Translations under genes and position numbers: made by a program
Assembly (NCBI RefSeq): GCF_006345805.1
Contig: NC_043018.1
Coordinates: forward strand, 22,134,001-22,198,000
Reading direction: 5' to 3'
DNA: 64,000 nt
DNA from: Octopus sinensis
Taxonomy: Eukaryota
The notes under the pieces: model-generated
Seen by the model: only the letters and a program-made list of their open reading frames with translations
Databases searched by the model: none
Told to the model about the DNA's origin: nothing
Shown here: positions 13,091-25,709 of the stretch, in pieces
How positions within the stretch are numbered: the stretch's first letter is position 1
Layout of the letters: each line of letters begins with the position of its first letter

Positions 13091-13420
13091 GTGAAGGTGA
13101 CGTGGCTTAGTGGTTAGGGTATTCAGCTTACAATCGTAAGGTCGTGAGTTCAATTCCCGGTGACACGTTGTGTCCTTAAGCAAGACACTTTATTTCACGT
13201 TGTTCCAAGTCCACTCAGCTGGCAAAAATGAGTTTTACCTGTATTTCAAAGGGCCAGCCTTGTCAAACCCTCTGTCACGCTGAATCTCCCTGAGAACTCC
13301 GTTATGGGTAAACGTGTCGGTGGAGTGCTCAGCCACTTGCACGTTAATTTCACGAACAAGCTGTTCCGTTGATAGTATTAGCTGGGACCCTCGTTGTCGT
13401 AACCGACGGAGTGCTCCTTA
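13091..13420 (+). mobile_element. SINE with A-type tail but a different head/middle module
   Basis: tRNA-like head, middle GTGTCCTTAAGCAAGACACTT, same ~190-bp tail as A copies; 10-bp TSD ATACTAACAA. Confidence 0.88.
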
Positions 13421-14497
13421 ATACTAACAACAAAAAAAAAACGACCCTTTTTCCCCCATTTGTCTCTAACCCCAATACCAATCTCTGTTATCTTTGCAAA
13501 CACACTCTCGCACTCCCGCACACACACTCACACTCCGGCACACACACTCGCACACTAACATTCCTATACATTTACAAACATACACATTCACCCCCGACCC
13601 CTTCACCACATTCACTATCAATCAACTCTTTCCTTTGTTCCTCTTCCTTCCATCTTCTATCATCTCCGTTATAAATCTTACCTACTTCCTTCTCTACGAC
13701 GTCCAACTTCACACGAACTACATTTTTATAGCGGTGTGGTGGTGGTGGAAAAAGTGGCAACGGTTTAGGCAAATTTAGGTAAAGTAGCAATAGTGTCGGC
13801 GGTGGTGCTTGTAATAGTGGCGTTGGTAGTGGTGATAGTAGTGATAAAGATGGTGACGTTGGCGGCACTAGTTGTGGTGTTAGTTTAAAATTTAGTAATG
13901 TTGCCAAAGTGTTATTCTACGACAGGAAGCTATGTCTGTAGCAGCAACAAGTCTTTCCTTCATTGGAACTTTTACAGAAATTCTTTGGTGACGAACTCCG
14001 ACAAATTTCTTCCAAAAAAACTGTAAACTTTCTTTTCTATAATTTACAAACAGTTGCTTACGGATTAATTAGAGAAGCAAAAGAATTCACACCTTAAATT
14101 TGATCAGAATTTTGACGACACTCAGTTGATATAACATTCTGTTATAATATTATGGTTTGCAAAAATGGTAATTCAGTGATTTATGTAAATATATGCATTA
14201 GATAATATCTTTCCCGCGCAGTCTCACAGTCTTACAGACTATAACGCATAACTAACTCTTACATATTTCTATTAAATTACGCGAAAAATTCTTTAACAGC
14301 TATTGGATTAGTGCTAAATACCAGCTGCCAAAATATAGTGATAGCTAGGTACGCACTAGTGCAGGCGTGTGCGCATGCGCTCATACAGCTACACGGCCAT
14401 ACATGCTCAAACACATGCAAATGTATATGTGTGCCAGCGCGTGTGTATTTATGTAGGGGTGTATATGTATGCATAAATGTTTTATATATATATTTAC

Positions 14498-14647
14498 ACA
14501 CATGGTTCCTAGTTCAGTCCCAGTGCGTGGTACTTTGAGTAAATGTCTTCTACTATAACCCCAGGCCAACCGAAGCCTTGTGAGTGCATTTTGTAGACAG
14601 AAACTGAAGGAAGCCCATCGTCTCTCTCTCTCTCTCTCTCTCTCTAG

Positions 14648-14682
<35 letters not shown>

Positions 14683-14915
14683 ATATATAATATATATATA
14701 TATTCTGTAGGTGTCTAGTGCCTGTGTTTGTCTCCCACCGCCGCTTGACAATAGGTGTTGGTGTGTTAGCGGTTCGGCTAAAGAGATCGATAGAATAAGT
14801 ACCAGGCTTAGCAAAAACATTTCGTACTTGCGTCGATTCATTCAACTATAAATTCTTCAAGGTGATGCCTCTGCATGGTCGTAATCTAATGACTGAAACA
14901 AGTAAAAGATAAAAG
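14498..14915 (+). mobile_element. B-type SINE
   Basis: Both halves present; internal microsatellite expanded to (TC)n(TA)n; tail GTAAAAGATAAAAG. Confidence 0.82.
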
Positions 14916-14929
14916 ATTCATATACATTG

Positions 14930-15415
14930 TATTTTTGTATGTGTCCTTGTATATATGTATGCTTGTATGTATGTATATTTGTAGGTGTCCTTGTATATAT
15001 GTATGTATGTATGTATATTTGTATGTGTCCTTGTATGTATGTATGTATGTATGTATGTATGTATATTTGTATGTGTCCTTGTATGTATGTATGTATGTAT
15101 GTATGTATGTATGCTTGTATGTATGTGTCCATGTATGTATGTATGTTTGTATGTCCTTGTATGTATGTATGTATGTATGTATGCTTGTATGTATGTATGT
15201 ATGCTTGTATGTATGCTTGTATGTATGTGTCCATGTATGTATGTATATGTTTGTATGTATGTATGCATATGTATGTATGCTTGTATATATGTATGTGTCC
15301 TTGTATGTATGCTTGTATGTATGTATGTATGTATGCTTGTATGTATGTATGCTTGTATGTATGTATATATGCTTGTATGTATGTATGTATGTATGCTTGT
15401 ATATATGCATGTATG
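14930..15415. repeat. Compound (GTAT)n tetranucleotide array with recurrent GCTT and GTGTCC(T/A)T variants
   Basis: Direct reading; lies immediately downstream of a B-SINE tail. Confidence 0.95.
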
Positions 15416-16171
15416 TACAAGTCGTATTCACTTCGATGTTTTTGTCTTTCAATTTTCTTTTATGCTAAAAAAAACCGTGTTTTCACACAAAAATTTCTGT
15501 TATTCTGTGTTTTCTTTCCCATCAGAATTAAGTTATAAATATGTTTACTACTCACTTTGTTTAGCTTCCTGTCACATCCAACCAATTTCCGCAGCTGCCC
15601 TTTCTATGTCTCTCATTTCTACAGACACACGGCAGATGTTTGTTCGTTCGTAATACTGTGCGCTAGAAATTAAAATGTGTAAGAAATTAGTAATTATTTT
15701 TGTTTTCCTCCTCTAAAACCCAGAAATTGCATTTTATTCTAAGCCACCAACTCCGTTCTTTGCATAAACCAGATGATTTTTATGGTGCCTACTTTCTTAT
15801 CATTTTTGAGATTGATTTGAAGGTGACGTCATGCGTAATTCCATTATCAAAGAATTCAGGATACGTTCCAATTACTAACGACAAATTTCTGCTAGGCATT
15901 TCTTCCAATTAGACACACAAAGCACGTCTGAGCTATATAATATATATTGTGAAGCATGACTGTCACCACTACTACATGAACCTGAAGAATGCAGAATTTA
16001 ATGCACGAAAGTACTAGTTCAATCAGAATGAACATTTAACATTCTATTATTTTATTTTATTTTATTATATTATCATATATCATTATAAGATTGTAAATAA
16101 AACGTGAAAATCAGACAAGGTCGGAATTCCTTTTATTAATATATTCTTCTATACACAATGACACACACCCG

Positions 16172-16211
<40 letters not shown>

Positions 16212-16367
16212 AGCGTAACTGTGTAGTAAGAAGCTTGCTTCCCAACCACAATGTTCCGGGTTCAGTCCCACTGCAAGTGTCTTCTACTATATAGCCTCGG
16301 CCCGACCAAATCCCTGATAGAAACTTCTGTTAAGATATATAAGCTGCACTCCCACCATATATATATA

Positions 16368-16597
16368 TTTCTTTACTACCCACAAGGAGCTAAACACAGA
16401 GGGGACAAACAAGGACCGACAAACGGATTAAGTCGATTACATCGACCCCAGTGCGTAACTGGTACTTAATTTATCGACCCCGAAAGGATGAAAGGCAAAG
16501 TCGACCTCGGCGGAATTTGAACTCGGAACGTAACGACAGATGAAATACGGCTACGCATTTCGCCCGGCGCGCTAACGTTTCTGCCAGCTCACCGCCA
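16368..16597 (-). mobile_element. C-type SINE, monomer (head + 1 unit)
   Basis: GGCGGTGAGCTGGCAGAAACGTTAGC head, B-box-like GAGTTCAAATTCC, tail GTAGTAAAGAAAT; inserted in (TA)n. Confidence 0.9.
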
Positions 16598-17571
16598 TAT
16601 ATATATATAATGCATTTCATCCTTATTGGATGCCAACCTCTCGTCTCTTCTTCAACATAATTATCATCTGTTGAAGGGGAATTTTCGAAATCGGAATAGT
16701 TAAACCCTGTAAACGAACAGCATCTGACAAATACTCAAGCCTATTTACGATGGGGACATGATCAAGAACAACACAACAATAATTTCAGTTATTTTAATTA
16801 TTTTTCTAAAATCCTAGATGGCTTGTTATTTCAGGCTAATGCTTTCAAACTTTGCATTGCGTCATGTGACAAACCGAAATCCATTGTCAGGTCACAAGGA
16901 TCACACACTGAAAAGCCATTCGAAATATTTTAATTACATATTGTTTAATTAATGAAGATAAATCATTGAAAACAATGACAAATTGGACATGCGCACGCAC
17001 ATAACTGAATACGAGATCTGTGTGTGTGTGTGTGTGTGTGAAAGAGTGGGGGATATAGGAACCGGAGTGATGAAAGAGAATGGCTTTGCATGTAACTCGA
17101 ACAACAACACTTTTCAAATGTTTATAATATTAAATAACACGAGACGATGCTTAACCAATTTGCCGAATAGTAATCAAGACATCAATCCATCGTGAGTTTC
17201 GGAAATTCCTCTAAATTGTAACTTTTCATTTAAACTTTCCTTCTAAAAGAAGGAGCTTCTCAAAGTAGTGGTATTAACGATGCCTTCATCGTCAACGATA
17301 TCCAGAACTGAAGTTTTGGAAATACAGCCGAAGCTTTCTATTAAATTGGTTGTTTATCGAGTATTTTTGCTGAAGTTGCGACAAGCGTAATTATGAAATA
17401 AGCCAAAGATTGCTATTACAGAACAGCTTTCCTTATAATTTGTTTCCTTGAAGTGAACAATTTTATTATTGAAAAGCAGAATTAAGGAGCTTAAATTTTC
17501 CTTTGTGTAATCCAAGATTGAGTATATTTTATGTCACCGTTTCACGTTTTGTTTTGGAAACGCTTAATAAA

Positions 17572-17611
<40 letters not shown>

Positions 17612-18892
17612 CGAAAATATTATTTCGTCTTTTCTAGGCTCTATTTTATATTGCTGTAGAATAGACTTAGCCAAACTGATTCTACTTATATCTGCCCAAA
17701 ACAGAGTGCTGTTATGAAGTTGATGTTATTACTGACAAGAGAGTTACATTTATTCCTGATTCATTTGCAATAAATGTCAGAGTTAGCTTGTAGCAGTATT
17801 GATATTTTTAACAGGTATGACCAAAATGAAAGAAGATTATGAGACCTGTCAATAATATCAATGACAGCAGCAAGACAAGAACAATTGTTTATTATCTCAG
17901 ATTTCAGAAATTCTATACACTTTTTTTTTCCCCCTCATAAATTTTTAAAGTATGTTTTCTATTTTTACGGTTTTCCTTGCATAATGCTGTTTTTGATAAT
18001 ATTACATCTTGGAGAGTATTAGTGCAGTAAATAAATAAATCTAGCAAAATCGCTTTTTTGGTTTATTTTCGGATTTTTTTCCCCTCCTTAACGTTATGGG
18101 TAGAGTATAGAAGACTAGTTGTTCAAGTTGCAATCTGAAAGATCAAAGACAGCTTTTTTGTAATATATTTACGGAAATATCCCCCATTTGATTCGCTGTT
18201 TAACCCCCAAGATATATTGCGCTCACAAAAAGTTAAAAGAGGCTAAAAGATCGATAACTTCGTCAAATTTACATATGGTACATGTGAAATATGTATAAAT
18301 GTTTACACTTATAGCTTTATGCAATCGCTGTCCACCTACAAATGCATGTCTTTCTAAAAGACTGCATCTATAAAACATCTTCTTTAAACGTCAGCCGTGC
18401 ACCACTCACTTACGTCTTTAGTTTTAATGAATAAATCACATTTTCCATTCTTTTCCAATAAAGAGGGTATTTCACTCTCAATATCTCAAAGATTATTATT
18501 GCTTTTCAGGATCAGACAACACTACAGCTTTCCACAAATAGAATATTGCCCCCAAACCATGAACAGTACTGCTGCTACAGACTCTCATTCTTGCTATGAT
18601 GGGGTCTCTCTATGTTGGGGACCACAGCTGAGTGGCGTGGACCCCATTATAGAGAGGCTCCATCCTCTAGTCTACAGATGTGTTTTCTTTCTCCGTTCCT
18701 TTTTCTCTTTCTTCCTCTTTCTCTTTGCAACCCCCATCCCCCTCATGCATATACACCAATAAAAAGAATTTTAGGTCTTGGGCTTATAGTTGAAAGGATA
18801 TTTATTAACCCACTTAAAATTCTTAAAATATACCATACTGCGCCATGTACACAGTATAATATTTATAAGATGAAAGTTGAAGTTAAACAAAG

Positions 18893-19031
18893 GAACATGA
18901 TCTGTTGTGTCTGAGGAGAGTCATTTTCTTTTTTTGTACCTTATAATTTAACACACTCACTGGTAAAATTTCCACTTATTTCTTGGCACAAAAAGAAAAT
19001 GACTCTCCCCAGACACAACAGAATATGCTTC
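18893..19031. repeat. Short palindromic element (hairpin MITE-like)
   Basis: Arm TCTGTTGTGTCTGAGGAGAGTCATTTTCTTTTTTTGTACC (18901-18940) versus reverse complement of 18985-19022; 2 substitutions plus a T-run length difference; 44-bp spacer. Confidence 0.85.
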
Positions 19032-20134
19032 AACACACGAACTCACATAAAGAATCTTGCAAACCAAATCCAAAAACGAAAAAGAGTGTGATGTTATTTA
19101 ATAAATACAGGTCCAAAATTAATACAATTCTAAAGCAGTGTAATTGTTGTCAAAGTTTTGTTCTTCAACTTTTCTTTGACACTGCATATGCAAAGCAACC
19201 AACCTCAAAGAGAGTCTGTTTATTCAGTACAGGGTACAGCATGTTGCACAATGTTGCACAATGTTGCACACTACCCTTGAATTTCTAGAAGCTGGTTTGG
19301 TACTGAGGAACAATGTGGAAGGTGATTGCATGAATCTATGAAATTTAATAAATATTCAAAACATGAACTATTTTACTCCTGTTGCGAATGTGTTTAGTAG
19401 TTCGTCCATTTTCTTGGTATTTTTAGAAATATTTAGTCTCTGGTTAGGCTAGTTTGTCCAGTTTTCACAAAATATGTCTATCATGGCACATTGCTGGAAC
19501 AAGCTGTCAAACGATTTAATAGACATGAGATAGAGATAAGGTTAAATGTCAAATTACAAAGTTTAAAATAGAAGACCGACTGTCAAACTAGGAAAACCAA
19601 TCTGATTTTTATTTTGCAAGAAACTTTATTAGACATGTTTCCGTGGTTCAGAGTTTCACTTCTCAAACCACAGAGTTCGATTTCGTTGTTCGAAGAGGTT
19701 ATCTCTACAGAATTTTGATAGAAATTATAGCCAACAGTTATTCTGTTACGACGTTTCGCATCCCTGGTGTAAACAACAATATTGTCTATAGAAATTATTG
19801 CCCGTGCTGCCAGCTGTCGTACGAATCATTGACCGTGTATTTTCTGCCATAGAATTTTGATGTGTGTGGAATTTAGTTGACATTGTGTGTGTGCAGGATC
19901 GTATCGTAATGTGTTTGTATTTTGAAATGAATTTGCAATTACATTCAAATATCTTTTTTAATCAATAATGCTTTATTTTTTATGATATTAGTGTAATAAC
20001 TTTTTAAAAAATTAGGCTGTTCGGCAATTAAAAAGAGAAACATGCAATAATCCAATAGGCACAAGGCTTGACATTTCAAGGGGTGGGGCTCAGTCGATTA
20101 CATCGACCCCAGTGATGAAGTGGTATTTATGAAA

Positions 20135-20528
20135 GGCGGCGAGCTGGCAGAAACGTTAGCACGCCGGGCGAAATGCTTACCGGTATTTCGTCAGCCGAGG
20201 TCGACTTTGCCTTTCATCCTTTCGGGGTCGATAAATAAAGTACCAGTTACGCACTGGGGTTGATATAATCGACTTAATCCGTTTGTCTGTCCTTGTTTGT
20301 CCTCTGTGTTTAGCCCCTTGTGGGTAGTAAAGAAATAGGTATTTCGTCTACAGCTACGTTCTGAGTTCAAATTCCGCCGAGGTCGACTTTGCCTTTCATC
20401 GTTTCGGGGTCGATTAAATAAGTACCAGTTACGCACTGGTGTCGATATAATCGACTTAATCCGTTTGCTAGTCCTTGTTTGTCCTCTCTGTGTTTAGCCC
20501 CTTGTGGGTAGTAAAGAAATAGGTATTT
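20135..20528 (+). mobile_element. C-type SINE, dimer, nested antisense in an older C copy
   Basis: Head + 156-bp (B-box-deleted) unit + 184-bp unit; 15-bp TSD GGTATTTATGAAAGG (20122-36, 20522-36). Confidence 0.92.
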
Positions 20529-21644
20529 ATGAAAGGAAAGTCAACTTCGACGGAATTTGAACTCAGAGTGTAACGCTGGACGAAATACTGCTAACCACTA
20601 TACCTGGTGTGCTAACCATTCTGACAGCCCGCTACCTTGTGTTAAACAACGATTTTTAATAAGTGACTTTAAAGCATTTACATATTCATTCATTCGCTTA
20701 CTCGGGATAGCGATGTTTATTTTTATATTTTTTTCCCATATTGGATTGGTTTCATTAGCAATCTTGCAGTTATTTGTATCAAAAAAGCAAAGATCGCCCG
20801 CGTCTGCATAAATCTGTACATCGGTAATAAAAAAAAAAAAACAACAAGACCTAAAGCCGTTATACTCTTATTAACTTCTGCTGTCACAGATGCACTGACC
20901 TTGTGATTGACCTCTGGAAATCTGCAAGCAATAACGCTATCTTTTACTAATTGCAATATAAAATTTAAAAAGTGATTTCATCGCTCAACGGAAACAGTAG
21001 CAAACCAACTTCCATAATGTAGGCTGGCTTCCACTCCAACAAATCACCGCTAAAAATATGTTAGAAATAACAGCCGTATTTCGCTCGTATTACACTGTAG
21101 TGTCTTAGAAGTAGACAGACTATAATGTTGTCTTATTTGGATAAGTTCTGAAACAAAAAGAAAAAATGCTTAGGTGATCGCTGCTAGGACAGGTTTGCCA
21201 GCTCAGAATTGACAAGGTCCTAATCAACAACAAGAAGAACAACACATCGTATTGTTGCTAAATAGTATCATTATATAGCATCATTCTAAAAGACGAATAC
21301 CTGTTTCTTGTTTGTGGATTCTGATAAAGAGAAATCCTGCGGATAGGAACGAAGCATTAACATTACTCTTAAGGGGGTGAGCCGGCAGAATCGTTAGCAC
21401 GTCGACCATCGCTGCGTTCCGAGTTCAAATTCCACCGAGGTCGACTTTGCTTTTCATCCTTTCGGGGTTGATAAAATAAGTACCAGTTGAACACTGGGGT
21501 CAATGTAATCGATTTACTTCCTCTCCCGAGCTTTGTGGCTTTATGCCAAAATTTGTAACCATTATTATTCTTAAGGCGGTGAGCTGGCAGAATCGTTAGC
21601 ACGCCGGACAAAATGCTTTGCAGCATTTCTCGAGCCATTCCTGG

Positions 21645-21919
21645 CTCTTAAGGGCCGGTTTCCCGGTTTCATCGGCGTATAGGTTCCCCACCTGGATGGG
21701 ACGCTGGTCTGCCACAGGTGAGCTGCTAGATACAGGGGGAAAGAATGCGAGGAAGTTGTGGCGAAAGAGTCAACAGAAGTTCGCCATTATCTTCTACCGG
21801 AGCCGCGTGGAGCTTAGGTGATTCACTCATAAATACACACATCGTCCGGTCTGAGATTCGAACCCGCAATCCCTCAACCGCGATTCGGCTGCTCTAACCA
21901 CTAGGCCATGTGCCTCCAC
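21645..21919 (-). mobile_element. SINE with A-type head/middle but a different 3' tail
   Basis: Head GTGGAGGCACATGGCCTAGTGGTTAG..GGTTCGAATCTC and middle CTAAGCTCCACGCGGCTCCGG..ACTCTTTCGCCACAACTT as in A, then an unrelated tail GCGTCCCATCCAGGTGGGGAACC...AACCGGGAAACCGGCCC. Confidence 0.8.
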
Positions 21920-22061
21920 ACGGTTGAGCACAGTGGTCGATGTTATCGACTTACCCGCTCCCCCTAAATTGCTGGCTTTGTACCAAAAGCTGAAACCAAT
22001 GTTAGTATTTAGAAGTTCTTTTTAAGTTGTCGAGTATAGAGAAAGGGGCAGAGTCTACGGC

Positions 22062-22345
22062 TGTTGTAGACCCTCAGAGACTAGCTCGGGGGATGGCATT
22101 AATGCTCCGTTTAAACTATTGTAGATCAATATTCGCAGGAAATTCCAGGGAACCGATGTTCTGGGTATGAAGAGTTGGGCATAACGGTTTGTGTGGAGTA
22201 AGGCGGGGTCGGACGCGACAGGAATGACAATCAATGGGGAGACGTGTGTATATATGAAACCACGCAGCTCTGAGTAAGGGTCTTTTATAGTCACGGCTTC
22301 GGGCTCGCCGTCGCGTCGGTGCGCGCGCGGGTCGGCTCAGAGAGA
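22062..22345 (-). mobile_element. Possible solo LTR remnant
   Basis: Minus strand: (CT)n, CpG-rich block, TATAAAAG (22282-89), ~200 bp, ending GGTCTACAACA; the opposite terminus and TSD are not convincingly found. Confidence 0.35.
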
Positions 22346-24362
22346 GAGAGAGGAGATAGCATGTTTATAGACCAGAAGCTGGAGTGTATTCTTTAGTGAT
22401 GGAATGCCTATCACTGGAGTGGCCCTTATGGGTGCTATCCAGAATATTAGCGTGTGTGTAGTAGCAACCCCACTCGAGATGCAGACATGACAATCATCAC
22501 AAATAGACATTTTTCCATGTGTACGAAGCAGGAAGCTTCGTGCACACTCAAGATGCAGACCCCAAACTCCTTTATACTCACTTGAACTTGTTGAGCTGCG
22601 TGCAATATCGAACACATACGCATGCGTAAATGAAAAGAAACATACGAACATAAGAATTCACGTTTTCGTATATATATATATACACTCATGTCTATACATA
22701 GCTTGTAAATATAATTGTATGCACACACGCGTATACGTGCGTGTAAATATAACTGTGTATATATAGTTCGGAAGATGTGAAGCTGTAAATAGAATCTCAG
22801 AATGAACAAAGACGAACCGGTGTGTCTCGAAGAACATGAGTAAAGAAACTTGGATTATTCTGTGTTCAATTACAAAGCAAATGTTACAATCACCTGCCTC
22901 GGGATCGATGTCACCATGCGATTGATTTTTGTCTTATTCTCGGAAAACAATATGATAGATCTGAAAATTTCTGAAGTTTTCTCAAATATAAACGCAGCGA
23001 AAGTTTGAATAATCGAACTTGTTCTGAGGTATGTAAATAGTAGCAAAGAGATGATAAAATATTTTAATCAATAACCTTAAAAGGATAGCAACACACGTGG
23101 ATTACATCGAGACTCTTATTGAATTCAAGTAACTGTCAATTCGAAATAATGTGATATTGTTTGTTATACGATAATCAAGATTAGCTACCTTAAACTATTG
23201 GGTTGACACAGTATAGAATTTTCTAAAAATTACTTCAATTGAAATATAATAATAATGATAATAATAATAATAATGCCAGATTAACAATTGCAGAAAACCA
23301 TTCTAGTGTCTATGGAAAATTTGGATCGAATACTACTTTACTAGTTGACTAATCATCATGGCAACGATGTTCATATTCATTCTTAACAAATGCTGGCGGA
23401 TTTTGACTTGTATAAGTCTAAGCGGGTGTAGTACTTTGTCTTCGGAGAGGATTTACTCTGAAGGCAAAAATACAACAGCGCTTAGGTACTGTGTTGGGAA
23501 CAAATTCGATTCAATGACATGGGATAATTTTGAGACACCATTGTTTCGACTTTGTCTCTTCACTCAAAACTACTTCCAGATCTCTGAAAACTAAACAAGA
23601 ATTGTGGTTTTTGTTGATGCATTTCTGCAAACAAATTATTTGCTGTTGTGTGCTGATGTTTGCCAGGTCGATAACAAATTATCAACAACTCGTAAGACAT
23701 TCGGAACGTATTAAAAACTTATTTATCCATGTGTGTGAGTGAGTGATAATTATGATATATGCTCTCGGGGCAGAGATAATTTTAATAAATCAAGTATGTG
23801 TTATATGTTATATTTGATGCGCCTGTATTTGTCTATGTTGTTCAGAAACATGCCATTGGCCACTCTTAAGAAACTCTTCGTTCATTTTTTTCTTGTTTAA
23901 ATTACACAAAATTGTGTGTGTGTGTGTGTCTTTGTGTTTGTCCTCCTTCCGCTTGACAACTGGTGTTTGTATACGCTCTCGTAATCAGCAGTGAAAGAGA
24001 CCGATAGAATAAATCTTCTCAGGAAACAAGGAACGCATTCTTATCCATTTTACGCTCGAGCATACGTTTTCTGTTCTGCTACACAATTTGCAGAGTTTTA
24101 TTGACAATTAACTTACCCTAATGTCATTAGCCTTAAGAGTTATTAATTAAATCGGAAGTATTTTCTTCTATCACTCTCTTTCTGTTTGTTGTCCATTGCC
24201 CAAAGGAATTCTCATCTTATTAAGTAAAAGTGTAACCTGTCATACGACAAATACGATTGGCAGTATCAGGTGGATGATATATTTGCAATAGTTTTAATAT
24301 TGTATTTCTTATTTAATGTGGATACATTGCGGAAAGACGCGCTACTGCGGTGTTTGTCTCAA

Positions 24363-24965
24363 GGCGGCGTGTTGGCAGAAGCGTTAGCACGCCGGGCGAA
24401 ATGCTTAGCGGTATTTCGTCTGCCGTTACGTTCTGAGTTCAAATTCCGCCGAGGTCGACTTTGCCTTTCATCCTTTCGGGGTCGATAAATTAAGTACCAG
24501 TTACGCACTGTGGTCGATGTAATCGACTTAATACCTATGTCTGTCCTTGTTTGTCCCCTCTATGTTTAGCCCCTTGTGGGTAATAAAGAAATAGGTATTT
24601 CGTCTGCCGTTACGTTGTGAGTTCAAATTCCGCCGAGGTCGACTTTGCCTTTCATCCTTTCGGGGTCGATTAATTAAGTACCAGTTACGCACTGTGGTCG
24701 ATGTAATCGACTTAATACCTATGTCTGTCCTTGTTTGTCCCCTCTATGTTTAGCCCCTTGTGGGTAATAAAGAAATAGGTATTTCGTCTGCCGTTACGTT
24801 GTGAGTTCAAATTCCGCCGAGGTCGACTTTGCCTTTCATCCTTTCGGGGTCGATTAATTAAGTACCAGTTACGCACTGGGGGCGATGTAATCGACTTAAT
24901 ACCTATGTCTGTCCTTGTTTGTCCCCTCTATGTTTAGCCCCTTGTGGGTAGTAAAGAAATAGGTA
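24363..24965 (+). mobile_element. C-type SINE, trimer
   Basis: Unit starts (GGTATTT) at 24410, 24594, 24778, 24962, a 184-bp period; 11-bp TSD TTTGTCTCAAG (24353-63, 24966-76). Confidence 0.93.
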
Positions 24966-25520
24966 TTTGTCTCAAGAAAGCATTTCGCGTAGATGCAGAG
25001 AGCAAAGAAACACCGAAAATCAGAGGCAGACAAAAATCGTTTAGCTGCGGTGGGGGAATTGTTAAATCTAGATACCTGTGTATTTGCGCCTCACCTGTAG
25101 CAAATATCCACCAGCAACTGCAAGCTTGCTTGTTTGGATTGAAAACATATGTTCCTAATGTACAAACATCTGTTTTAATATTTTAATTATAAGTGTTTAT
25201 ATTTTGGAATATAGCTTTCATTTCAATATTGACGCCATGATATTTTGTAACCGTAATTTTAAAAAATTGTATTTATTGTAACCTGCGTAGCACCACGTGA
25301 TATTAGCCACAATTGTAAAAGTATATTACTAACTGTAATGCACCACGTGACAGGTAGTAAGCTAGTAATTAATATATGATTTATTTCTATTTATAAATAT
25401 TTGTACATCAGCCAAAATGACAAAAGTATATTTCTAACGCTACCCACCATTTGATGGGTAATAAGCTGGAAATTTATATAAAAACCTGTTATTTGCATAT
25501 TAGCCACAACGGCAAAAAAT

Positions 25521-25677
25521 TATGTGGCTGTGTGGGTAAGTAGCTTGCTAACCAACCACATGGTTCCGGGTTCAGTCCCACTGTGTGGCATCTTGGGCAA
25601 GTGTCTTCTGCTATTGCCCCGGGCCGACCAATGCCTTGTGAGTGGATTTGGTAGACAGAAACTGAAAGAAGCCTGTC

Positions 25678-25709
<32 letters not shown>

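Noticed and set aside
13720-13890. Gly/Ser-rich or Pro/Thr-rich coding-like stretch
   Set aside because: Degenerate (GGT/AGT)n triplet repeat.
16861-16870. GTCATGTGAC M-box/CLEAR-like site (also 45841-45850)
   Set aside because: A single short motif without clustering or promoter evidence; could be chance.
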